Source of the DNA: Negaprion brevirostris
Lineage: Eukaryota
NCBI GenBank assembly: GCA_030324005.1
Contig: JARDVH010000150.1
Span: 27,968,221 to 28,032,220 of the forward strand
Direction of reading: 5' to 3'
DNA: 64,000 bases
Made by a program: the position numbers and the translations under genes. Positions 10,566 to 24,609 of this stretch are shown piece by piece (position 1 is the first letter of the stretch; every line of letters begins with the position of its first letter). A model generated the notes under the pieces. That model ran no database searches. It was not told the origin of the DNA and was given only the letters and a program-made list of their open reading frames with translations.

Positions 10566-12894
10566 ATTACCTTTCATCTAGAATCTACAGGCTTTTAATA
10601 TTTGGATTTGGTATCATCCACTACTTTGTTTACTTGCTCTCACAAATTGGTTGTGTCTTGTTCGATTAGCCAGCTCCCTCCAGGCAACTGGCACTTCTGC
10701 TTTTGCTGAAAGAGGAGGGGAGGCTTTCAGTTGGAATATGTTACAGTTCTTTGGTTCATCTCTTGCATCAGGATCCCCAACTCACAAAAACATCAAATCT
10801 CCCTATGCATCCCCATTGTGCCAATGTGAACAATTAGTTTATTTTGCTGCTACCACTACAACTTTGTCTTTCATCAGTAATGCAGCCTCTATTAGATGCT
10901 GTTTTGTCAAATTTTTCATTCCTGGTGTACTTATAAGAAGTTTTTCCTGTGCTTGTTGTGTACTTAAATTAGGAGGAAGGATTCCCACCGCAAAATTTGT
11001 CATGGCCCACTTTTGCATTAAGGATAGGTATTTGGACATGCATAGCCTCCATTTTTTTCCATGTTAATATTTCAATACACTATCAAATGAAGTGCAAAAC
11101 TTCTCACTGGCTGTGACTCTGTTGAATCTTAACTCTTCATGTCTTGTATAAAACACATGTCTTTGTTTGTCCACATTGGAAGTTTAACTGCAAACTTCTG
11201 GAAGTGAAAAACATTTTACCAATTCTGCTGTACTTCAATGAAAAGTGTAGGAAAAGGTACACATACAAAAAGCAAGGTGAAATGAAACAAGGAAAAGGCT
11301 ACAAATTTTTGACTCAAACATAAGGGTGTAAAAGACAGCCCAAGACTCCAACTGCAGGAACTTTGTCAAGAATGCAAAGTCAACTCTCAAGACATTAACT
11401 TGCCTTACCATCACATGCCCAAAATGCAACCTCTTCCAAAAATATGGGGAAACTAGCTATAGTTTGAATACAGTATTTTTAAGCTCCTTTTGTTCTATCA
11501 ATGTCTTCATATTACCTCACTAAGCTGATCTTTATATATCATCTGCCTGTTCACTCCTTTCTAGCACGTTTGCTGATCACTTAATTCATCATGTCATCTC
11601 GGAGAAAAGTTAATATTTAAGATAGGTGTTTTCTGTCTGTTGTTCTTTTTCTTTGCTCTCCCTGATTTATCCAGTTCCATTAATTTCCAGCTTTCTTTTA
11701 CAGAGACTTGATTTTGAAAAACCCAGAATCATTAAAATTACAGTTACAGAAGCCATTCGACACATCATGTGTATTAGTTCTCGTTCTTCAACTGGAGCTT
11801 ACTCTATTTCTTTTCAGTTATTCTAGAATATTCCATTTCAAATATTTATTACATCACCTTTCAAAGGGTATTGTTTTTGCCTCATAATTGCCTGTGGAAA
11901 AGAATTCTGTAATTTAGTGTGTCTGGAAAAATCTCTTCTCAACTGCCCTTACATTCTTCAAAGAAATTAATGCTCCTCTTTTCCTTTGTTACTAATTATC
12001 CAACCACTAGGAACATTCTTTCATCGTCTGCTCTCTCAAAACGCTTTCATTATTTTCATAATCTTCCTCTTAAGCTTCTCTATTCCAATGAAAAATCTGA
12101 ATTTTTGAGCAGGTCTGACATTTTAATTTTCCACTTCGCTCTCACACCAATGTCTCTGTCCTTGACCACCTACATCAGTGTCAGAATTTTACAGCACAGG
12201 AGGCTCTTTGGCCCATCATGTTCGTGCCAGCCACCAAATACCTATTTATTCTAATCCTATTTTCCAGCAACTTGGTCCACTTCCTTGAATGCTATGGTGT
12301 TTCAAGTGGTCACCTAATATTCCAGTGAAGCTCAACACAAACTCAATGAACAGCTGCTCATGCTTCAACTAGGCACTTTCAGGCACACTGACTTCAATTT
12401 CAGACCATAATTTCTGTTCCCATTTTCTTTGGCTGTTTCATTTTCCTACCATTTTTGATTTCAGAAGGTAGCCGTTCATTATTTTGCCATTCACTGCTTG
12501 TCTGACCACATCTTGAGTTTGTCTTATTATCACTCCCTTTGGCTCTGCACAATAATTCTTGTGTCATTTAATTTCTCCCATCTTCCACCCTTATCACCCT
12601 TTTGTTCTTTTTCCACCCAGTGCTCATTTCACTTGCTTAAAAACCTACTGCACTTTTATATCATGATGTAAACCAAAATCCCTGTTAATGAAAGAAAATT
12701 AATTAAACCACCATTTGACCACCACAATCCAACCAATTCTTCAAGCCAATTATATCCATTATTTCTAGCAATGATCAAAACCAATTCAGAAATCAGAAAC
12801 TTCAGACTTTTCTCTTTAAGTTTTCAAGAGTCTGTCTTTTCAACTTCTGAGTACTTTTATCCTGTACCAGTTAGGACAATATAGTTTGTACAAG

Positions 12895-13022
12895 CAAATT
12901 ACTGTGAATGCTGCAATCTGAACCCAAAAGAGAAAATGCTGGAAAATCTCAGCAGGTCTGGGCAGCATCTGTAAGGAGAGAAAAGTGCTGGCATTGTGAG
13001 TTCAGATGACCCTATGTCAAAG
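12895..13022 (-). mobile_element. Penelope-like terminal fragment (decayed hammerhead)
   Basis: agaaaatgctggaaaatctcagcaggtctgggcagcatctgt...gagttcagatgacccta; same family as 7618 and 18640. Confidence 0.6.
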
Positions 13023-13547
13023 TTTGTACAAGTTGCTCTTTTTGCACAGCAATTCATTTATTCTAAGCTGTTTCAAGAGCAACCCTATTCAGGTAGGCAG
13101 CTCCCTGCGTTAACATTACTCCAGCAGAACTGGTACTTGGCTTGACAAAATGTACCACTAAATTTGTTTCTTTAGTGGTTCACTGTCCCTCATCTTTCCA
13201 AGTTACTCTGATTCTCAGTTTCAATTTCCTTTCTGAGATTAAAATTCTTGCTGCCATTTAGGGCCTAAGGTGCATTTCATACAGTAATGTTTTGCATCAC
13301 TGTTTGTTTCCAAAATCTTATTACGCTTCCATCAGTTCACACTTGATAAACATGACTGATGCTCCATTTCCACANNNNNNNNNNNNNNNNNNNNNNNNNN
13401 NNNNNNNNNNNNNNNNNNNNNNNNNNNNNNNNNNNNNNNNNNNNNNNNNNNNNNNNNNNNNNNNNNNNNNNNNNNNNNNNNNNNNNNNNNNNNNNNNNNN
13501 NNNNNNNNNNNNNNNNNNNNNNNNNNNNNNNNNNNNNNNNNNNNNNN

Positions 13548-13703
13548 CAACTGGTTTATCTGATATCACAAGCTTTTGGAGCACTGCTCCTTCATCGAGT
13601 GAGTGGAGTGGCACTCACCTGATGAAGGAGCAGTGCTCCAAAAGCTCCTGATACCAGATAAACCTGTTGGACTTTAATCTGGCGTTGTGAGACTTTTTAC
13701 TGT
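13548..13703. mobile_element. Palindromic Penelope-like element end with inverted hammerhead-like motifs
   Basis: The inverted repeat is centred near 13610 and contains CTGATGAAGGAGCAGTGCTCCAAAAGCTC. Confidence 0.7.
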
Positions 13704-13769
13704 ACAGGGGGGATTTGTAAGAGCATTGAACAGCACCTGGTGACTTCTCAATACTGTAATAACATGAAC

Positions 13770-13919
13770 CTTCACTCTGTCTTGAAGATTTTCCCCAAAC
13801 ACGAAGTTCGTCTGTTCCATAAGCTGCTCAGGCTGCTCCTGGCTATCCACCTTTTCTTCCTTCTCATCTACTTCACAGCTGCTCTTGGACTCTGATGATT
13901 CAGCTAATTTTGCATTCTC
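13770..13919 (-). CDS. RANBP3: RANBP3 coding exon ENAK...FVFGENLQDRVK (FxFG repeat 1)
   Basis: tttccag acceptor and AAG|gttcat donor; 150 nt. Matches human FVFGQNLRDRVK. Confidence 0.92.
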
Positions 13920-14211
13920 CTGGAAATGTGGAGAAATCATTTTAAGTGAACTATGTACACATCCCAGTAAGCCAAATATCAGGCGATTAGGGTTTATATA
14001 TGAAGTAAACTTTCCAAAACCTATTTCAGGGTCCACCTTGCCAAACAGAAACAGAGACTGCCTCAAAGATCTTCTGCTATCATTATCGCTAAAAACATTT
14101 AATCTACGCTTAAAAAAGAGCTTTAACAGACAAAGGAATGTTACATTCTTCCTTATTCAGTCAACCTCGACATACAAATAATTGCGTACCAAAGTTCAAG
14201 ATATGGTTCCA

Positions 14212-14490
14212 CCGTTGGCTCAGTTGGTAAACTAGTGCCCAGTGTGGAACTGAGCCATACAACCAAGGTCCCAGGTTCGATCCCTGGTCTATCCTGAGTT
14301 AGCTGATCTCAGCTGCAGCAGGTGTACGGGTGCTCCAATTGGCCTTAGTGCCCCTGGGCTAGGGAGGAGAGAAAAAAATAATCAGCCAGGGCTCCCACTC
14401 CTGATCATTATCCAGTGACTTGCTAGAAAGTGCATTTGTGGTCATCGGACAAGGACAGGATTGGCTTGGCTGTGGTGCCTCCCACAATTA
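14212..14490 (+). mobile_element. Old tRNA-derived SINE, family unassigned
   Basis: A box TGGCTCAGTTGG and B box GGTTCGATCC followed by a non-tRNA body; a more decayed relative may lie near 22870-22990. Confidence 0.7.
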
Positions 14491-14559
14491 CTACTCCCAC
14501 TTTCTTCCTTTATAGATTCTGCTCTCTAGGACATTACATAATTACCTCTCAAGTTGCTT

Positions 14560-16420
14560 ATTATTCATTGTCCAACTCATGAAGGCTCTGCCTTGATACT
14601 GACTAGCTCACCACTCTGCTCCCTGCTACTTCTCCAACATATACTCAAGCAGCACCAAGATCAACTATACCTAGTCAAGGAGACAGGTAAGCTGGCTGAA
14701 CACATTCCAAAGCTGGAGACTCTGAGGCTCACCAAGTCGGTCTGAGATGATACCTTCTCCAAAGCCTCAAATAACAGCCAGCTTCACAACACGTGGGTCT
14801 ACCATCTTCTCAGACAGTTTAGCTGTCCATTGGCCTCCTCCATTAGCTAGATGCCTGCTCTACCATTAAGCTCCAAATGACCTTGTGTCACTAAATCTAC
14901 AAATCTTTCAGGCAGCTGATGGAAGTTTGTCTTGCAATCAATGAGTTACCATCAAAGTTCATTTGGGCTCCTTCTGCTAATTCGAGGCCTTGACCACCTG
15001 TAATTCCTGCTCTTGTTTTCCGGCTTTTATACCATGTAACAGCTTGGCCTCAGCATCTTCAACTCCCCACACTACGCAGTTTCTGATTTCTCTGCCCTTC
15101 TCTCCTCATGCACTTACATCAATTTCTTCATCAACACAAAATCCTTTGCATTTCTTGTGGTTTTTCACTCCAAGTCATATCTGAATGTTCCTCAATATCT
15201 CCTGGGGGCGTACCTCCCCCACAGCTCTCAAATACTCCCTCCATTCCCGCTGATGATGATGACCTTCCATCCATTATGGCACTATTACTGATGCTCATCA
15301 TGTCAGTACCTTTAATTCTGTCTGCAACATTTTAACACCCCACCCCCGAAATTTACTCTTGGTCTTCCACCCTTTGAATAACAGACTTGAAAGCATACAG
15401 CACATGACTGATTTTGTCAACCACTGTCAAGTCTTGTTTGAACATGTTAAATATTGTATGTCCCACCCATAGTCAAATTCTCTTCCTGCACAAGAATAAT
15501 ACTGGAGGGAAAGGACAAGACATTACTCCTTTTCTCCATAACAAATCACATTCCCCTACCCTATTGTCTCTAAAAGACACAGTGAATCTCTTTAAAGAAA
15601 CTATCCAACAGCTATCTCACCACAACATCCTCATTCACCTCCTCACTCATTTTAGCTTTTTATAAAATCTCCCTGCCCTCTCTCAACGAATTTATTTCAT
15701 GAGTTGGGCAACTTGCTCTCTCAAACCCTTCTTCACCATACTCTTGATCAATCATTAACCTTTTTCACTCTAACCTTAATAATAATGCCAATGGCTTTAT
15801 TTGTTCACGTGCTATCCTCATCCTTTTAAAAAGGCCTTCATCACCCCTTTCTTAAAAAACCACGTGTGATCAGTTGTCCTTTCCAAGTTCACCCCAAACC
15901 TCCCTTTCATTTCCTGGTCGTTCAGCATGCCATCACCTCCCCGTTCTAAGTCATTCACTCCTGTGACTGAACTCTTTCAAACCGAGTTACACCTTGCTCA
16001 CATCAGAGTCTGAACTGGTCAAACACAAACAACATTATCTGTGACAGATATTGCGGTACATCATTCCCTCTTTTTTTCCTTGATGTTGAAAGCATTTGAA
16101 GAAAGAACTAAAGTAAACCTGCATTTATTTAGAGTCATTCACATCCTGAGGATGTTGTAAAGCACTCCAGTTCAATATGCCAGCTACCTCCACCATAGTT
16201 TGGCTCTACTTTATGCTTTGTGCACCAATTCAGTCTCTGCAATTCTCTTTCCACCTCCAAAGTTTAGGGATTTGTAGTGACCTCCTCCACCCTCTTTCCT
16301 CCTAATTGCTATGATCCGTTATGTCATCAACAGACAATAGACAGAGGGAGGTCAGTGTATATACTAATGAATTTCAGCTCTTAATCCCATAATTTCCTTC
16401 AACGCTATGGACACTTGCAT
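14560..16420 (+). mobile_element. Highly decayed LINE (L2-like) remnants
   Basis: C/T-rich coding-like remnant with an ITPFLKKP-like RT N-terminal motif near 15835-15865. Confidence 0.5.
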
Positions 16421-16632
16421 AATAACAGACAAAGCAGAATTTGTTGGTATCATGAAAAGCAAAACCAGTGCTTTTGGCTTCCATATGACAGCAAAAGCTG
16501 GCATTTATATAGCAGCACTGGCATAGAAAAAAATCTTTAATACACCTTAGAGATGAAATTAAATAGTGGTCATGAATCTAATCCGAGGAGTTAATAGAGA
16601 GCTAAAAGCTTAGTCAAAGATGTAGGTTTGAA

Positions 16633-16943
16633 AAAGTTTATTTATTTGCGTTACAAATAGGCTTACATTAACACTGCAATGAAGTTACAGCAAAAATCCC
16701 CTAGTCGCCACACTCTGGAGCCTGTTCAGGTACGCTGAGGGAGAATTTAACATGGCCAATGCACCTAACCAGCATGTCTTTTGGACTGTGGGAGGAAACC
16801 GGAGCACCCAGAAGAAACTCATGCAGACGCAGGTAGAACATGCAGACTCTGCACCAACAGTGATCCAAGCCAGGAATCAAACCCAGGTTTCCGGTGTTGT
16901 GAGACAGCAGTGCTAATCACTGTGCCACCGTGCTACCCCGCCA
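16633..16943 (-). mobile_element. HE1/V-SINE-type SINE, near full length
   Basis: Same structure as 6299-6587. Confidence 0.88.
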
Positions 16944-17689
16944 CCCCAAGGGCCTTAAAGAAACAGGGAATGCACAAAAAGAGTTGAATAATGGAGAATT
17001 TTGGATCGAGGGAAATGTGGCTGGAGGAGGTTATAGATGGAAGGATTAAAACACAAAGATGAAAATTTTAAATTGCACCATTTGTGAGACAATTTAGGTC
17101 AGTAGGACAGAGGTGATAGCGGGATTTGGAGCAGGATAGAATACAGAGTTTTGATTCAGCTGAAATTCATGGGAGAATGGAACGTCCTCCAGGAGAGCAC
17201 TGAAATAGTCAAAATTGGAAATATCGAAAACAGGGGAGTCTCAGCAGTAGTCAAACAGAGTTGGTCAATAATACAAAGGTATACGTAAGTGGGCTTTATG
17301 ATAGAGAAACTCACCCTATTATTCAATCAAATGTTGAGATTGCGAATAATGTGATTCTGCCTGAAGCAGTGGCTGGGGAGGGAGATAGAGTCAGTGACAA
17401 CGGAACAGGGTTTGCGGTGGAAATAAAAATTATACCTTTGATTTTTTTTATATTTAGCTAGAGGCAATTGCTGATGTGGACAAAGCAGTTTGACATCACA
17501 AAGGTCGGGACAAGTGATGCAGAGGTAGTTTTTAAAAAATTATTCGTTCATGGGATGTGGATGTTGTTGGCAAGGCCAGCATTTCAGTGTTGGGTGCTGT
17601 CAGCATACCTGTGGAATTTTAGCCTATGCTTTCAAATGACGTTCCTAAGACACAGTATGTAAGTAGAGGAAAAAGGGATCACACTAATT

Positions 17690-19200
17690 GGACCAGGCCA
17701 TTTAGCGCGTTGAGCCAGTTCTGCCATTCAATGAGATCATTGCTTGATCTGCAGCCTAACTCTAAATGTATTAAGGGATATGGTACAATGGTGGATATTC
17801 AGTTAACTCAAATCTACCAATTTCAGTTTTAAAATTAACTAATCCAGTATCAATTATCATCAGCAGAAGAGAGAGTTCCAAACTTCTACCACCCCTGGCA
17901 GTAGGAGCAGTAGTTGCTAATTTGACTCCTAAAAGGTCTGGCACTAATTTTTAGGTGATATTTCTGAAGTTCCTCAACTGGTGAAAATAGTTTCTCCCAA
18001 TCCACCCTGTTTCTCTTAATATCTTGAAAACTTTGATCAACTCATCCCATAACCTAGTTTTCAGTGAATACAACCCCTGTAGTTTGGCCTATCTCTCTTT
18101 GTAGCTTAACCTTAGGAGTCCAGGTGGCATTTCAGTACATCTATATTACAATCTCTTCAAGGCCAATACATCCTATTTAAGTTATTTTGTCCAGAACTTC
18201 CCACAGTTTTCAAAGTGTGGTCTCACCATGACTTTGTATAGCGGAAGCATGACATCCATTCTCATATTCTAGATATAAGGCCAGCATTCTATTAGCCATT
18301 TTGACGATGTCCCTGACAAATTCGTGATACTTTAATGATGTGTACTCGGGCGCCAAGTTTCTTTGGACCTCCACTGTTTCGAACTGTTTGCTTTTTAGAA
18401 AGTACTCCATTCTATCCTGTTTAGGTCGAAGATCAATGACCTCACATTTGCCCACACTGAACTCTACTTGCCAGTCTTACCAACTTCGTAATTCTTTGTA
18501 ATTTTACACTACGCCCACAGAGCTGGCAATGCTGCCTCTTTCTTTTGTTAGCAGCAAATTTGGATATGTGGCGTTCTTTCCCATCATCTAAGTTGTTATT
18601 GAACAGCGAATCTGAGGAACCAACACAGATTTTTGAGGCATAAACAGAAAATGCTTTAAAATCCCTGACAGCATCTGTAGGGAGAGAATAGAGCCAACAT
18701 TTCAAGTCTGCATGACTCTGTGTCAGAGCTAAAGAGAAATGAAAACAGGATGAGAACAGATATTTGAGGTACCATCAGTCACATCCTGCCAATTAGTGTA
18801 GCTGCCCATTATCAGAAAACTCTGTCATCTTCTATTCAGCCAATTTTCTAACAGGGTCAATAATTTGCCATCAATCTATGAGCTTCAATTATAGTTAAGA
18901 ATCTTTTATGTGGAACTTCATCAGATATCTTCTAGAAGTCCATTTAAGTGACACCCAAAGGAAGTTCTCTGTCCAGTACAATGGATTCTTCAAAACATTC
19001 AATTAGGTTCATCAGGCATGACTCATCCGTTACAAATCCATGCTTGCTTTTTCCGAGCAGCTAAAAATGTTCAGGGTGTTCAGTCACCCTATCCTTAATT
19101 TTGGATTGTGACAATTTTCCAACAGCATATTCTGTCACCCATCATAAATTGTGGAATGAGATACAATTTTCTAACCTAAAGGAGTATTCCAGAATCAAGG
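17690..19200 (-). mobile_element. Old CR1 LINE ORF2 3' region, with a Penelope-like fragment inserted at about 18640-18735
   Basis: Minus-strand translations contain ISKFAA and KCEVI-type RT C-terminal motifs; CR1 tail at the left end. Confidence 0.75.
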
Positions 19201-20324
19201 ATAGATAGTTCATAACATTCCAGAGGTAATATTACGGAGTTTGGGGAAAGAAGCTCTTGCCGACTAAACTCACACTTGATTGAATGAGTGAACCCAAGTG
19301 ACAGGAAATGCCACTGCGATGAATAGCAACAGTGAGATGCTGAATAAAGATGATTTAATCAACTATTTCAAAATCTGCAGAGAGGTAGAGAAGGTAATAA
19401 AAGACCATGGACCATGGTTACAATTAGAGAATCTGATTTCACTGGTGATTTTGGTTAGGGTCATTGAAGTAACGTGGGAAGGACAGGGACTTGATTGAAG
19501 AGACTCAAACTGAGTTGCATAAGAGTAGGCGCAGATCAGGTGAGTGAACAGCATCTTTGCAATTTTTCAGAGAAAGTTGGGGTAGAATTTTGCATTTACA
19601 GCAGCTTCGAAAGACTGGATGGCATAGTCTCTGACCCTTTACCATGTTTGCAGGCACAAAGGCCAGGAAGAGAAATTTGGTGCTCAGCAGTTTATTGGGA
19701 ATAGAATCATTGAAGCAAGAAACGGGTTTCATAGACAAGATGAGTTCAGACAGAGCATGAGGGAAGGTGGGAGAAAAAGTAGAGATACAGGTTCAGCAAT
19801 ATGCAGGTGTTCCTTAACAGTGACCTCTCCAATCAGTCAACAGACACAACAAAATTTGAATCAAAGCAGCCATAATTCCCCTTCTCTTTCAAGATTTCCT
19901 GCAGCAATTCTACCTGACCAGGTTAATAATTATTCAACAGATAGTCATGCAACTGAGCAAAGAGTACAGCATAAGTACTGGATAGAATCTTCCACTGAAC
20001 AGGCTAGTTGAGAAATTTAACAGCATGCTAAAGTGAAGACAGTAACTAAAACTCACATGACTAGAATTTAACTCTTGCCTGTGCGTAAAGAGATAACCCT
20101 GCAGCTGACAGAATTCTCACTCCTTTGGTTAACTGCAGATGTATATCTGGACTGTCAGTAGCCAAAATGACATATAAATTTTGATGCAGGGTCACCGACC
20201 TGGAAGTTTCCTAACGGGATCAATAATTTGCCATCAATCTATAAACTTGAATTACAGTTAAGAATCTTTTATGTGTAACTTCTTCAGATTTTTCTAGACT
20301 AATCCTGTTTCTCTTCACAGTCTT

Positions 20325-20583
20325 AAAGTTTATTTATTAGTGCCACAACTGGCTTAAATTAACACTGCAGTGAAGTTACTGTGAAAATCCCCTGTTTGGG
20401 TACACTGAGGGAGAATATAGCATAGCCAATGCACCTAACCAGCACATCCTTCGGACTGTGGAGGAAAGTGGAGCACCCAGAGGAAACCCATGCAGACACG
20501 GGGAGAACATGCAGACCCCAGCAGGGAATCGAACCAAGGTCCCTGATGCTGTGAGGCAGCAGAGCTGACCACTGTTGCCGCCC
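20325..20583 (-). mobile_element. HE1/V-SINE-type SINE with internal deletions
   Basis: Paralog of 16633-16943; sits inside a Penelope-like fragment. Confidence 0.85.
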
Positions 20584-20892
20584 AATGCTCCCTGACAAAT
20601 GCTGCCTGATCTGCATTTCTATTTTTGTTTTCCAGCATCTACGGTATTTTTGCTTTTGTCGACTTAAAATTAGACTTCTTGCTCCGTGATTTCAAGCAAA
20701 CTACAACAGCAAGAATTTTTGAGTTAGTTGTAAGCTAAAGATAGAAGAAGCTGGACTTGGAATTGTAGAGAGCAGATTTCCCAAAATAACAAAACAAGAT
20801 TCCAAAACAAGCAAGAAATGGGGGTCCAAAAAAAGGTCTCAGGAAGACATAAGAAACAAAGAACAAGCAGTTAAACAAGGTTCTGTTGGATG

Positions 20893-21101
20893 AATCATTG
20901 AATCCCCACAGAACAGAAGATGATTCGGCCCATCAACTCTGTACCAGCTCTCCGAAGAGCATCCTACCCAGGCCCACTCCCCTGCTCTATCCCTATAATC
21001 CTGCACATTTACCATAGCTAATCTACCTCACTTACACATCTTTGGAGACTAAGGGCAATTTAGCATGGCCAATTCATCTAACCTGCACATCTTTGGACTG
21101 T
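20893..21101 (-). mobile_element. 3' part of an HE1-type SINE with CR1-derived tail
   Basis: aagggcaatttagcatggccaattcatctaacctgcacatctttggactg preceded by a CR1 tail. Confidence 0.7.
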
Positions 21102-21104
21102 TTA

Positions 21105-22027
21105 GAAGTTTTAGTAAAAAGCAGAGAAAGGGTTCTGAGATAAATAAACTGCCACAAGAACTACATTTAAAGCCCGCTAGGTGAAATACCATACAGCCAA
21201 GGTAAATCAAAAGTTTGGTGACACCTTAATACAGCCTGTGAAGCATAGCTCTGTTGGCATGGCTGAGTACTTGAGAGATCGGATGGAAGCTTAAGTGTAC
21301 ATGGCAGGAATACCAAAAGTAGAGGTCGAAATCCTGGAGGTAGCTCCTCGGTGAAAGTATCCAAGAGAAAGTATCATTTGGAGGAAGATTTCAAGCATGT
21401 TCTTTGAGGCTGGAGTTGAGAAACCCTTGTGTGGAAGTCAGAGTTCCAGTGAGACCAACTGGCTTGAAGGGAGGGGATTTGATGAGAAATCCACAAGTTG
21501 TGTTTGGTGACATCTGTCGACTTGGTTTCAGAGTGTATTGTTTTTGACCACAGTTGGCCTACTGGTTTACATGGATGGTGTACTTGTTGAGAAAATCAGA
21601 GTATAAGGTAAAGTTTGTAACTTACGTCATCGTTATAAATATGTATATACCTGTAAAGGTATAGTTGGGGTGAAGGAGTATTGTGTTATAGTTAATCTTT
21701 CTTTGTTTAATACATTTTTTTGTTAAATTTTTTGTTTTTTATTTAAGAAAAACTTGGACGGGTTCATGGATGAGAGGGATGTGGAGGAATATGGTCCAAG
21801 TGAAGGTCAGTGGGACTAGGCAAAAAAATGGTTCGGCACAGATAAGAAGGGCCAAAAGGCCTGTTTCTGAGTTGTAATTTTCTATGGTTCTAAAAGTTAA
21901 TTGACAGTCCTCTGATTCTGTTCATCCACGTCTTCAAAAAAAATTGTAGCTACGATTGATTGATCAAACTAGGTTTCATCCTGGGATCCGAGTTATCCAG
22001 AAGTAACATCAATTGGGGTCGTTAACA
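21105..22027 (+). mobile_element. Probable LTR remnant (ends ...ggggtcgttaaca) with a CR1 3' fragment inserted at about 21740-21892
   Basis: LTR-like ...TAACA terminus and U5-like composition; the 5' boundary is unclear. Confidence 0.35.
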
Positions 22028-23199
22028 AGGATATTTGTACTGGGAGAGGGACTGAGAGTTTAGATGTGGTGAGGTGGGGACCGAAAGCCTCCTGCTCATG
22101 GCCCTGAAGCAAGACAATGAAGACACTTATTTTCTCCCTGAAGCTGCTGCCCTCACATTCCTTTAGTTATCCATCCAGCCACAATTAATCCCATGAAACA
22201 GGTTAAACGCCAGCCTCATTAAAAGATGCTGTCGACCAAGTTTTATTTGGGAGGCTGAAAGGACAATGCTTGTCAATTTGTTCCTTGATTCTTTCCATCA
22301 GCACATTGGATCAACTACTGTATTATGTCTAGGGACTGACAACTCCTTTATATCCTTACATTACAACGACACAGCATGACCATTCAATTCCAAATTACAA
22401 AAGGCATATATTAGAGAAGGAAAGGGGGATAATTGTTGCGGTATAAACATTAAAACTATGCTGACTGAACAGAGAGAACTATAATTATTCTTTAGGAGAA
22501 GTCATTGGAGCAGGTAAATTAATCCCTTTATGGTATTTGCTTATCAGTTTTCCATCTAGTGTTGTACCCTCAATGTCTTCTGAATTCTGTTATATTTCAT
22601 TTTCTTCAATTAACTTAATATGTATATTTTAGTCACTTCAGCCATCAAAAGCCTCAAGCCTATTGCACAGATCACTCCAATTAGGATAATTGTTAAATCT
22701 CCAGACACACGCATCTCCATGGGAAAAGTGAACGAAAGATGTAATCCTGGATAACAGGGGACAATGTGCACCTGTAAGAACTACTGACAGATTATTGAGA
22801 AATGTTTCAATGAAACTCTTAAATTGTAATGAGATGCAATATCAAATTAACAACAGATCAGGAACGTTTCAGGTTCAATTGTTTGTGCTTAATTTCAGCT
22901 TGGTAAAATCAGCTTGATTACTATGAGTAAGTCAGCAAGGGATTCTATTACTAATCTGCATTCACTGATTCTGGCTGGAAAACATACACACTGTTTACTG
23001 GTCATACAGAGTCATTCTGGCACAGGTGGTGGTTGTTTGGCCCATTGATTCCATACTGGCTTACTGTGAAGCAATCCAATCAGTTTCTTTCCCCTGTTCT
23101 ATTGCACAGTCTGGAACTTTATTTTACCCAAGTGCCCATCCAGTTTCTTTTTACAAATTATTTATCATCTCTGCTTCATGGGCAGAGTATTGCAGGTCA

Positions 23200-23830
23200 T
23201 TTCCACTCACCACTTAAAAATTTCTTCCTTGCATCCTTCTGCAACTCTGGCCAAAAGCCTTAAATCTGCATCCCCTAATCTTGTAGTTACAGGTAATAGG
23301 TACAGATTTGCTTTGCTTATCTTATCTAAACCTGTTATTACCTTGTAAACCTTGATCAAATCAATTTCTTTTGCTCCAAGGAGATGAATCACAGTTTCTT
23401 CAACTTAATCTTCTGGTTAAAATTCTCAATTCCTGGAACCATTCAAGTACATCTCCTCTGCATCCTTCCAAGGATCGTCACGTTCTTCCTAAACCGCGCT
23501 GACCAGATTTTGATCCAATGTTCTAGTTTTGGCCTAACCAGAGCTTTAGGCAGGATTCAGCATACCTTCACTGCTTTTGTTCTCCATACTTGTGTTTGTG
23601 AATCGCTAGATTCTTTATGCTTTGCTGACTGCTGTTTCAATATGTACTGTCACTTTCAAAAATGCAAATGAACCCCCAGATCCCATGTCCCTGTACACTT
23701 TTTAGAACTGCATCATTTCATCAGTATTGTCTCATTCTATTCCTTCTGCCAAGTGCATCGCCTCACACTTCTCTATTAAATTCCATCTGCTACATGTCTA
23801 CTCATTCTACCAACTCTTTGACACCTCCCT
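23200..23830 (-). mobile_element. CR1 LINE ORF2 C-terminal fragment
   Basis: Minus-strand translation DLIKVYKVITGLDK is typical of the CR1 ORF2 C-terminus. Confidence 0.75.
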
Positions 23831-24609
23831 CATATCTAAGGAAGATCAAGACAAGCACCTCTGTGATCATCGCTTCTGCTTCCTTTACCAATCTGGGGTG
23901 TAAGTTATCTGGACCAGGAGATGTAACATAGAAAATAGGTGCAGGAATAGGACATTCAGCCAACCATCATCCCCAGAGCTTGCGCCACAATTCAATGTGA
24001 TCGTGGCCGATCTCCTACCTCAACAGCATATTCCTGCTCTCTCTCCATTCCCTTTGACTTATCCATTCCATACAAAATCAGCCTTTCCAGTATGTCTTTC
24101 CAATGATTTTTCGTTCCATCCATTATCTGTACCATCTCAGCTTCTTCAATATTTCGACACAATCCTCTTCATTGGTAACAGCGATACAAAGTACTCATTA
24201 ATATTCAACCTGTGCCCAGTAACACTAAGCATATTTCACCACCCCCTTTGTCCCTAATCGACCCCATTCCACCTTACTGCTTGCTTACTATTTACATGCC
24301 TGTAAAACAATTCTGGATTCCCTTTTATATTCCTGTCATTCTAGTCTTGTATTCTCTCCTTGCCGGTTTTATTCTCCTCTTCACTTCACCTTTAAACTTA
24401 CTGTATTTGGCCTGGTTCCTGCATGAAGAATTCACCCAACATGCAGTTGTGTTTTGTCTCATCATGTTCTTTGTATCCTTTATCAACCAATGAGCATTGA
24501 TTTTAGTTGCTTACCTTTCATGAAATACATCTGGACTTTAACTGAATTATTAGACATCATTCATTTGATGTCCTGTCAATCTTTGGTTCCATTTTACTCT
24601 GGCTAGATC

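Noticed and set aside
14212-14290. Possible tRNA gene
   Set aside because: It has A and B boxes, but I could not fold a cloverleaf, and it continues into a SINE body.
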